A DNA stretch of 60,328 bases from an uncultured virus (IMG/VR IMGVR_UViG_3300022555_000019). Lineage: Duplodnaviria > Heunggongvirae > Uroviricota > Caudoviricetes. The stretch lies in IMG/VR virus record IMGVR_UViG_3300022555_000019, one strand, 5' to 3'. The position numbers and the translations under genes are program-made. The notes beneath the pieces are model-generated. The model did not search any database, had not been told where the DNA came from, and worked only from the letters and a program-made list of their open reading frames with translations. Positions 41,078-47,264 of this stretch are shown here, one piece after another; within the stretch, counting starts at the first letter, position 1, and the number at the start of each line of letters is the position of its first letter.

Positions 41078-42173
41078 ATGATCAATATAAAAACATTCGA
41101 GCAAAATAAAACTGGTGAAGGTTTTTTCAAAGGTATGGACGACCCATATCTTTATCCAAAAAGATCATTCATGAAAAAAGTTTGCTATGCAACTGGATTC
41201 GTTTATAAAAGAAGATTTGAACGAACAGAAAATATATTTCTAATTGGCTCAAAATCTTCATTAGAAATAGATAGTTGGGGCGGAAATGCTGGGTCATTCA
41301 ATATTATTATTAATACACGTAGTGAATATGTTGATATATGCTTTAATGAAAATAACGGTAGTTTATCTAATAATAATAAAAAAGTTATTGATGAAGCAAA
41401 GATGATAGTTCAACTAATGAAAAATTATCCAAATTGGTCACAATATATGAGATGTGATACTCACCAATGTGCAAATTTTACAACTATTTATGCACATGTG
41501 TGGAAATTAAACATGAATAACTATTGGGAAGATTTATTAAATTATTTAACCCCAGATAAATTTAGAAAAATAATATCCTTCAAACAATTTGATCTATGAT
41601 AACAAAATTTAAACTATTTGAATCTGATGAAGTCATACTGGCTAAGTGCATAGATACTGGTAGAATGAAAAATATTAAAATAGGTGATTTATTTCAAGTT
41701 GCTTGGCATCATGATATAGGCTGGTATTTAACTGATATAAATAAAGGTGAACAAAAACATTATGAAGTTGAACCACTCCCGTATAGAGATGGTGGTAATA
41801 GTAAAATTTGGGGTGCAATATTTTCAACAGTTGACGATTCCATGGAAGACTATAAAAAACGATTGAGAGAAGAACAATTTGATCTATGATAACAAAATTT
41901 AAACTATTCGAAAATAATTTTATTGATGATGTATCAACTTGGAAAGAAGGAGATTTCGTATGTTGTATTAATAATGAAAAACAAGAATGGTTAACTATTG
42001 GAAAACCTTATAGAATAGATAAAATAGAATTTGGGGGAATTAATAAAATTATGGGTATCCAAACAGTAACTACTATCGATATCGAATTAACTTCTGGCGG
42101 ATTTGTTACACTTAACGCAAACAGATTTACTAAAGACCCACAGAAAATAAAAGAATACCAATTTGATCTATGA
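41078..42173 (+). CDS. Three coupled CTS-like/FDL-tail proteins (41078..41599, 41596..41889, 41886..42173)
   Basis: MINIKTFE / MITKFKLFE starts, QFDL ends, ATGA overlaps. Confidence 0.8.
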
Positions 42174-42245
42174 GGCTCCACTCAGGGTCGAACTGAGAAC
42201 ACAAGATTACGAATCATGCATTTTACCTGTTAAAACTATAAAGCC
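42173..42245 (-). tRNA. tRNA-Thr(CGU)
   Basis: Cloverleaf, loop UUCGUAA. Confidence 0.8.
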
Positions 42246-42249
42246 ATTG

Positions 42250-42420
42250 TGGAGTAGGCGGGAATCGAACCCGTAGCGTTCTGACCAATCAATGCGCTTC
42301 CCTTGCTTGTTATTTTACACCCACCTTAAAAAAAAAGGTCGCTATAGGTGCTTCTGCAACTTGGTATCAGATGGTGGCTTCATTGGCAACCGCAGCCGTC
42401 CGTTGTCTGCGTTCTACCCC
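42250..42420 (-). ncRNA. 171-nt tRNA-like RNA with Ala-type acceptor stem
   Basis: GGGGUAG/CUACUCC-A (G3.U70) and T-arm CGGG-UUCGAUU-CCCG; no normal anticodon arm. Confidence 0.7.
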
Positions 42421-42428
42421 AATTAATG

Positions 42429-42502
42429 TATTCCCGACAGGACTTGAACCTGTGATCTTCACTACGTCAAAGTGATATGTTAGCCACCTACACCACGAGA
42501 AT
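42429..42502 (-). tRNA. tRNA-Val(GAC)
   Basis: UCACU-UUGACGU-AGUGA. Confidence 0.85.
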
Positions 42503-42507
42503 ATGTA

Positions 42508-42586
42508 GCCGTAATCCTTGTGTAGCGTAGGGTCTTAACCCCTCAAACGGCTTCACCAGGCAGTGAACGTTCCGCTACATTACGGC
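42508..42586 (-). ncRNA. Structured three-way-junction RNA
   Basis: GCCGUAAU/AUUACGGC, GUAGCG/CGCUAC, UUCAC/GUGAA and AGGG/CCCU helices. Confidence 0.6.
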
Positions 42587-42588
42587 AG

Positions 42589-42662
42589 TGCAACTGGAAG
42601 GATTCGAACCTTCGCTGACATAGGATGTAAACCTATCGCTCTTCACACTGAGCTACAGTTGC
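42589..42662 (-). tRNA. tRNA-Val(UAC)
   Basis: AUAGG-UUUACAU-CCUAU. Confidence 0.88.
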
Positions 42663-42678
42663 ATGATAATATAAACTT

Positions 42679-42753
42679 TGGAGCAATAGGAGAATTTTCA
42701 AATCTCGACCCTAAGTTTGGAAAACTTATGCTCTGGCTCTGAGCTACTATTGC
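42679..42753 (-). tRNA. tRNA-Gly(UCC), atypical T-loop
   Basis: UAAGU-UUUCCAA-ACUUA; UCCA end. Confidence 0.8.
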
Positions 42754-42763
42754 ATTTTTATTG

Positions 42764-42850
42764 TGCAGAGAACAGGAATTCAACCTGTGATCCTCCCCGA
42801 CTATCTTATGACAGCTTGCGTGGGGTACTCCTTCTCTGAGCTTTCTCTGC
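42764..42850 (-). ncRNA. tRNA-like RNA with extended anticodon arm
   Basis: GCAGAGA/UCUCUGC, D and T arms present; CCCC-ACGCAA-GCUGUC-AUAA-GAUAGU-C-GGGG replaces the anticodon arm. Confidence 0.65.
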
Positions 42851-42861
42851 ATTTTTAATTG

Positions 42862-42961
42862 AGTTGGGGGAAGGATTCGAACCTTCGCTGGTGTTATCAT
42901 TGTGTGTTCTCTTGGCTTGTTTCCTCACTACGTCACCCTTGTTTACGTAAGCAACCCCAAC
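42862..42961 (-). ncRNA. tRNA-like RNA (acceptor stem and T-arm only)
   Basis: GUUGGGG/CCCCAAC and GAAGG-UUCGAAU-CCUUC. Confidence 0.65.
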
Positions 42962-42966
42962 AATTG

Positions 42967-43040
42967 TGCAGTAAATGAGGTTCGAACTCACCCCTGAAGT
43001 TTGGAAGACTCCCATGCTTAGCCACTAACACCACTACTGC
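42967..43040 (-). tRNA. tRNA-Gly(UCC)
   Basis: GGAGU-CUUCCAA-ACUUC. Confidence 0.85.
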
Positions 43041-43043
43041 ATC

Positions 43044-43120
43044 TGGAGTCGGTGAACGGGATTGAACCGTCTCTATTTTGGCTTGGGAAGCCAATGCACC
43101 ACCATTTATGCGTCACCGAC
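43044..43120 (-). tRNA. tRNA-Gly(CCC)
   Basis: UUGGC-UUCCCAA-GCCAA; UCCA end. Confidence 0.88.
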
Positions 43121-43124
43121 ATGG

Positions 43125-43202
43125 GGGACTCAACATGCTACCAGTTACACCATAAGAACTTATCACTAAATCCTTAGAAAGATTCGAACTCTCACCAGTC
43201 CC
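43125..43202 (-). ncRNA. Circularly permuted tRNA mimic (YrlA-like order: T-arm, closed acceptor, D-arm)
   Basis: GGGACU-[GAGAG UUCGAAU CUUUC]-[UAAGGAU/GUUCUUA]-[GUGU AACUGGUA GCAU]-AGUCCC. Confidence 0.75.
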
Positions 43203-43207
43203 TTGCG

Positions 43208-43281
43208 TGTAGGTAATCGGGGTCGAACCGACTCTATTCCAGCCTGGCAAGCTGGTGCACCACCAGTTATGCGTCACCTAC
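43208..43281 (-). tRNA. tRNA-Gly(GCC)
   Basis: CCAGC-UUGCCAG-GCUGG. Confidence 0.88.
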
Positions 43282-43332
43282 AATAATACCCTTCCTAACT
43301 CCGTGTAGGGTCAACCGTAACAGTTTTAACGA

Positions 43333-43397
43333 CAGATTACCTTTTTAGAATTACAAATTACAAGTTTGTTCCTTTTTAAGTTTGCTGAACGTAATCT
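43333..43397 (-). ncRNA. CAGCAA stem motif copy 4
   Basis: AGAUUAC-GUU-CAGCAA...GUAAUCU-G. Confidence 0.7.
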
Positions 43398-43417
43398 TTA
43401 GGTTTAGATTTAAGAAA

Positions 43418-43475
43418 CAGAATACAGGTTTTCACATTTTGCAGAAGTGTGTTTTTTATTTGCTGTGTGTATTCT
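43418..43475 (-). ncRNA. CAGCAA stem motif copy 5
   Basis: AGAAUAC-ACA-CAGCAA...GUAUUCU-G. Confidence 0.7.
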
Positions 43476-43481
43476 TTATTC

Positions 43482-43844
43482 TTATATGTTTACAAATTCT
43501 GAAGTATTACCAGCATATACAATGCCTGTCATGTTAGCAGCCATCCATTTCCAATGTGAATGCTCAGCTTTATTTATTTTGGCTTCTGGTGAACCGTCAA
43601 TTGTTACTGTATAGATATCAACATCCGTTCCTGTTACCGATTTTTTGGTTCCAACAAATGTTATTTCCTCTATGCTGATGCTCAAGCCAGTTTCTTCAAG
43701 CACTTCTCTGATCAATGCAATTTCAGATGTTTCACCATCTTCAACTTTTCCACCTGGAAGTGCCCAACCAAATGGTGATTTCTTTCTTAATAAGAATAAA
43801 ATTTGTCCAATGTTATTCTTAATTATTAATACAGTTGCTTTCAT
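43482..43844 (-). CDS. Nudix hydrolase
   Basis: Nudix box [24 protein letters not shown]. Confidence 0.93.
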   Translation of the reverse strand: MKATVLIIKNNIGQILFLLRKKSPFGWALPGGKVEDGETSEIALIREVLEETGLSISIEEITFVGTKKSVTGTDVDIYTVTIDGSPEAKINKAEHSHWKWMAANMTGIVYAGNTSEFVNI

Positions 43845-43893
43845 AATTTTAATTGTTTTTAGTTAATAATTTATGTAGATCATTGATTATCAG

Positions 43894-43970
43894 TGGAGAA
43901 TATGGGATTTGAACCCATCTGATGTTTTCGGTGCAAACGAAATGACCACTCGCAAGCAGTCCCATTCCCC
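43894..43970 (-). tRNA. tRNA-Ala(UGC)
   Basis: G3.U70; UUUCG-UUUGCAC-CGAAA. Confidence 0.88.
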
Positions 43971-43976
43971 ATAAAT

Positions 43977-44050
43977 TGGAGCCAAAAGACGGGTACGATC
44001 CGTCATCTCAACTTTACCAAAGTTGCGTTCTACCATTGAACTACATCGGC
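43977..44050 (-). tRNA. tRNA-Thr(GGU)
   Basis: CAACU-UUGGUAA-AGUUG; weak acceptor stem. Confidence 0.82.
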
Positions 44051-44052
44051 AT

Positions 44053-44138
44053 TGGAGCTTCCTGTTGGATTCAAACCAACGTGGACTTTCGTCTCTGGTT
44101 TACAAAACCAGCCCAATCGGTCACTATGGGAAGGAAGC
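44053..44138 (-). tRNA. tRNA-Thr(UGU) with long variable arm
   Basis: CUGGU-UUUGUAA-ACCAG followed by GAC-GAAA-GUC. Confidence 0.82.
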
Positions 44139-44143
44139 ATTAT

Positions 44144-44219
44144 TGGTCTGGGTGGTGGGTCACGATCCCACGCCCTCGTGATCCCAAATCACGAAATCTA
44201 CCAACTGATATACACCCAG
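44144..44219 (-). tRNA. tRNA-Pro(UGG)
   Basis: CGUGA-UUUGGGA-UCACG; C1-G72, ACCA end. Confidence 0.88.
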
Positions 44220-44286
44220 TTATTTCAAATTTTTACCAGTTTTTGATTCTACTGGTAAATATTGGACCTAATTTGATTTTATGAAA

Positions 44287-44335
44287 CAGAATACACTTGT
44301 TTGCATCCTTGCGTTTTTATTGCTGTAAGTATTCT
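44287..44335 (-). ncRNA. CAGCAA stem motif copy 6
   Basis: AGAAUAC-UUA-CAGCAA...GUAUUCU-G. Confidence 0.7.
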
Positions 44336-44343
44336 TTATTCTG

Positions 44344-44414
44344 TGGAAACAACCAGACTTGAACTGGACTTTCGGAATGCTAAACCGATGTGCCGCCATT
44401 TACACCATAGTCCC
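44344..44414 (-). tRNA. tRNA-Ala(AGC), possibly degenerate
   Basis: G3.U70; UCGGU-UUAGCAU-UCCGA; several stem mismatches. Confidence 0.6.
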
Positions 44415-45293
44415 AATATAAATTTTATTTAATTCATCTAATGTGATATAAATTTTAACATTAAAATTATAATATTTACCATATTTTTCATCATGAATAT
44501 CGATATTCTTTAAAAGATCATCCAACGAAATATCACATTTCTCTTTCTTTATCTCATTATCTTTTTGAAGCATCAATTGACAATTTGATGGATGTGAAAG
44601 TAACAATGGATTAATCATATTTCTAAATCCTTCAGCAACAGAAAAGATATGATCCCGACTAACACCACCTCGATTATCCCCATGATTTTTTGCTTTATAC
44701 CAACCATAGTCCTTAATTAAATTAAAATCAAATTCATCATATTTATTTAATTGAAACTTAAATCTGGCTAATGATTTATAAATTTTCAATTCTTTAGATA
44801 CTTTAAGATGTTGCTCTTTTTTATACCCATATGAACACTCAGATGAACAAAATTTACGATTCCTTTTTTTAATGTATACATCATACGATATATTTTTATG
44901 GCAGCGCAAGCAAGTGATAGGATTTAAATTATATTTTTCTATCGATTTTTCTACATGATTTTTTTCAAAGTTAAAATTTTTGTATGCTATATCCTTCAGT
45001 TTTTCTAACTTATCTTTTGAATAATATACAATTCTTTTTTTATTAGAATTTGACCTTGCACAAGAACGACTACAAAATTCATTCCGTCTTTTATTATATG
45101 GTATTTCTTTTCCACACTCACATTTTTTATGTTCTTTTACATATGAATCTTTACATTTAAGTGCCAACCCAATTGAATTTTTGGAATAATCCCTCAAATT
45201 TTTATTTACATATATATTTCGACATTTCAAACAGCAATATGTTCTATTATCATTTATTAAACATTCACACTCATCATTTTTACACCTTTTCAT
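44400..45293 (-). CDS. HNH-type homing endonuclease with Zn fingers, inside the tRNA array
   Basis: Repeated C..C/FCS..C; RDHIFSV...HPSNCQLM...N. Confidence 0.75.
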   Translation of the reverse strand: MKRCKNDECECLINDNRTYCCLKCRNIYVNKNLRDYSKNSIGLALKCKDSYVKEHKKCECGKEIPYNKRRNEFCSRSCARSNSNKKRIVYYSKDKLEKLKDIAYKNFNFEKNHVEKSIEKYNLNPITCLRCHKNISYDVYIKKRNRKFCSSECSYGYKKEQHLKVSKELKIYKSLARFKFQLNKYDEFDFNLIKDYGWYKAKNHGDNRGGVSRDHIFSVAEGFRNMINPLLLSHPSNCQLMLQKDNEIKKEKCDISLDDLLKNIDIHDEKYGKYYNFNVKIYITLDELNKIYIGTMV

Positions 45294-45371
45294 TTATAAA
45301 TATAATTTTATTTATATATTATAGCTAAATTGTGGAAAAAAGTCGTTATGAACCTTTAATACCTAAAAATT

Positions 45372-45482
45372 TGGTGGCGAGGGTAGGATTCCCACCTACA
45401 TTCGGAATCCATCGGTTTCACCCGACTGTACCGAACCTCATGTGTTTTGCATGAGTACGTCTGGTAATTTCGTCACCCCGCC
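45372..45482 (-). ncRNA. 111-nt tRNA-like RNA with very large variable arm and non-standard anticodon loop
   Basis: GGCGGGG/CCUCGCC-ACCA; CUCAUG-CAAAACA-CAUGAG; T-loop UGGGAAU. Confidence 0.7.
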
Positions 45483-45493
45483 AATTTTGTTTG

Positions 45494-45599
45494 TGGATTG
45501 GATGGGATTCGAACCCATTCGGGCAACAACTCCCGTTATCCGTTATTACCTTCGGTTTCAACCGAACTGTGGTGTCAAACCACAACAGATTCTCAACCC
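45494..45599 (-). ncRNA. Branched tRNA-like RNA with Ala-type acceptor
   Basis: GGGUUG/CAAUCC-A (G3.U70), T-arm AUGGG-UUCGAAU-CCCAU, internal helices AUCUGUU/AACGGAU, UGUGGU/ACCACA, UUCGGU/ACCGAA, CGGG/CCCG. Confidence 0.65.
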
Positions 45600-45608
45600 A
45601 AATGCCAT

Positions 45609-45680
45609 GGGCAGCGTCCGACCATTAGACTAAACGGAACTTTCGTGGTTCCCCCGCAGATTCGAACTGCATTTCCGCCC
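45609..45680 (-). ncRNA. Circularly permuted tRNA mimic (YrlA-like), second copy
   Basis: GGGCGG-[UGCAG UUCGAAU CUGCG]-[GGAAC/GUUCC]-[GUCU AAUGGUC GGAC]-CUGCCC. Confidence 0.75.
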
Positions 45681-45684
45681 TCCG

Positions 45685-45764
45685 TGACTCGAATGGGACT
45701 CGAACCCACATCTGCCTATCCGATTACGTTACTACAGTTTAGGAAACTGTGACGATACCGAGCC
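45685..45764 (-). tRNA. Rearranged tRNA-Arg(CCU): D-loop 3' of the anticodon arm
   Basis: GGCUCGG-UAUCGUC-[ACAGU UUCCUAA ACUGU]-AGUAACGUAAUCGGAUAGGCAGAU-T-arm. Confidence 0.75.
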
Positions 45765-45772
45765 ATTAATTT

Positions 45773-45855
45773 TGGTGACCCCAGAGGGACTCGAACCCTC
45801 ATCTTCCTATCCAATTACGTTACTAATGCTTAGAAGGCACTGACGATATGGAGCC
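45773..45855 (-). tRNA. Rearranged tRNA-Arg(UCU): D-loop 3' of the anticodon arm
   Basis: GGCUCCA-UAUCGUC-[AGUGC CUUCUAA GCAUU]-AGUAACGUAAUUGGAUAGGAAGAU-T-arm-ACCA. Confidence 0.75.
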
Positions 45856-45860
45856 GTTTG

Positions 45861-45946
45861 TCGAGTTGAGAGGACTTGAACCTCCAATTTCATATTGAAA
45901 CCTACTTCCGAGGTAGGGCCGCTGCCGATTACGGGTATACAACTCG
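45861..45946 (-). tRNA. tRNA-Pro(CGG) with long variable arm
   Basis: C1-G72, A73; CCUAC-CUCGGAA-GUAGG; UUUCA/UGAAA variable arm. Confidence 0.78.
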
Positions 45947-45953
45947 CTGTTTG

Positions 45954-46027
45954 TCGGGTAGATGAGATTTGAACTCACGAACACTTGTCTCCAGAACAAG
46001 CCCATATAGCCACTGTGGAACTACCCG
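45954..46027 (-). tRNA. tRNA-Pro(UGG), C at position 33
   Basis: CUUGU-UCUGGAG-ACAAG. Confidence 0.78.
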
Positions 46028-46033
46028 ATATTT

Positions 46034-46061
46034 GGGTGAGAGTGTTGGTGCACTCTCACCC
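46034..46061. other. Perfect 11-bp hairpin in tRNA spacer
   Basis: GGGTGAGAGTG-TTGGTG-CACTCTCACCC. Confidence 0.7.
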
Positions 46062-46134
46062 GTTTTATTTCAGCCCAAGATGTCAAAGAACATTGATTAT
46101 TTGCAATTTGCGAATTGCGAATTGCGAATTTCAG

Positions 46135-46209
46135 TAAGGGTGGTGGGCTACGACCCCACGAATACTGCGCCCCGAACGCAGCCCATATAGCCATCTGTGG
46201 AACACCCTT
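46135..46209 (-). tRNA. tRNA-Pro(CGG)
   Basis: CUGCG-UUCGGGG-CGCAG. Confidence 0.82.
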
Positions 46210-46235
46210 ATTTCAATATTTTAAAGAACAAAAAC

Positions 46236-46263
46236 AAAAAACCCGACTTGTGGGTCGGGCTTT
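46236..46263 (-). terminator. Attenuator-type terminator upstream of the tRNA array
   Basis: AAAGCCCGAC-CCACAA-GUCGGGUUUUUU; its 5' arm can alternatively pair with UCGGGCU (46314..46320). Confidence 0.85.
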
Positions 46264-46290
46264 CTGTGTTTCAATGAGTTTTTATGATTG

Positions 46291-46401
46291 TTAACTCTTT
46301 TTTCGACACGTATAGCCCGAACATACCACTGGTCTGCCTACTCCCGTTGTTGCGGGGGTCGCTGTGGTTGTAACTGCTGTATGTGTCCTAAAAGTTAACA
46401 T
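46291..46401 (-). CDS. Putative attenuator leader peptide (36 aa)
   Basis: MLTFRTHTAVTTTATPATTGVGRPVVCSGYTCRKKS; TAGTTTTG promoter at 46441..46448. Confidence 0.8.
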   Translation of the reverse strand: MLTFRTHTAVTTTATPATTGVGRPVVCSGYTCRKKS

Positions 46402-46554
46402 AATATTTTTCTTTTTTAATTCGTTTTTCAAATTGAGTTGCAAAACTACAACTATTTTTCTTATAAAAAAAATTCTTAACTATATATTATCAAAAAAAAG
46501 TCAAAAAATTCCGTTTTCGTATTAATTTAGTGCAAAGATACAAAAAAGTTTTAA

Positions 46555-46794
46555 TTATTTACAAAAAAGTTGATTTAATTTTTGTTTTCTTATATAAGAT
46601 TGTGTAATTATTGTAAATTCTTTTAATTGAATTGAGTATAAAGTTTCATAAAAACCTTCGTAACGTGGCGTTAATGCTATCATATCAACATATATATCAT
46701 GCATATTATGGTATATAAGAATTACTCTGAATTTTTCACCAGAATAATTTAATTTAATAATATCATTTACTTCAAGTGTTCTATTGGATGCCAC
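46555..46794 (-). CDS. Small protein with RxxKLxxL tail
   Basis: RKQKLNQL. Confidence 0.7.
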   Translation of the reverse strand: MASNRTLEVNDIIKLNYSGEKFRVILIYHNMHDIYVDMIALTPRYEGFYETLYSIQLKEFTIITQSYIRKQKLNQLFCK

Positions 46795-46966
46795 CTCTAT
46801 AAATTTTATCTATTTCTAAATCAGTGTAAGTTCCGTTATCAGTAACAATCTTTAATCCTTTCTCCTTATTTGTATTGGAGCAATCAACGCACATTTCAGT
46901 TTTAGGTAATGCTTTTAATCTACCTTCTGAAATATCCTTACCACATTTTTTACAAATTTTATTCAT
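46781..46966 (-). CDS. TraR/DksA C4-type zinc finger protein
   Basis: CKKCGKDISEGRLKALPKTEMCVDC. Confidence 0.85.
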   Translation of the reverse strand: MNKICKKCGKDISEGRLKALPKTEMCVDCSNTNKEKGLKIVTDNGTYTDLEIDKIYRGGIQ

Positions 46967-47264
46967 TTAATTTTTTTATTTTTAATTTTCGTAAATCCAT
47001 TGGATGAATAAAGTATTCGAACAATGCTGGCTCCAACGGTGTAAGTTGCGAATATACAATTTCATAATAAAATCCTTGTCGATTACCACTACCATCTAAT
47101 ATTATTACATATATATCTGGCCCCAACGAAGTTGTTGCAAAGAGGACAATTTTATATTTTTTCCAAGCTGTGTAAGATACATCTTCATTATGATTGCCAG
47201 CAATGTCGGAAAAATCTAAATAATAATTTTTTCTACAAACTATTTCATCACCTTCTTTATCCAC
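46959..47264 (-). CDS. Small protein with RxxKIxxL tail
   Basis: KEGDEIVC; RKLKIKKL. Confidence 0.7.
   Translation of the reverse strand: MDKEGDEIVCRKNYYLDFSDIAGNHNEDVSYTAWKKYKIVLFATTSLGPDIYVIILDGSGNRQGFYYEIVYSQLTPLEPALFEYFIHPMDLRKLKIKKLNE

Noticed and set aside
44053..44138. tRNA-Tyr(GUA) because of the long variable arm
   Set aside because: The 7-nt loop centres on UGU and G1-C72/C2-G71 fit Thr.
30443..44335. CAGCAA repeats or FDL junction repeats as a CRISPR array
   Set aside because: Repeats are degenerate and irregularly spaced; no cas genes in the window.
46098..46130. (TGCGAAT)x3 short repeat
   Set aside because: Too short and isolated to assign a function.
42643..46190. ORF-track ORFs across the tRNA array (42643, 42806, 43976, 44052, 45442, 45498, 45823, 45969)
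   Set aside because: They overlap tRNA or ncRNA genes and are chance frames in GC-richer DNA.
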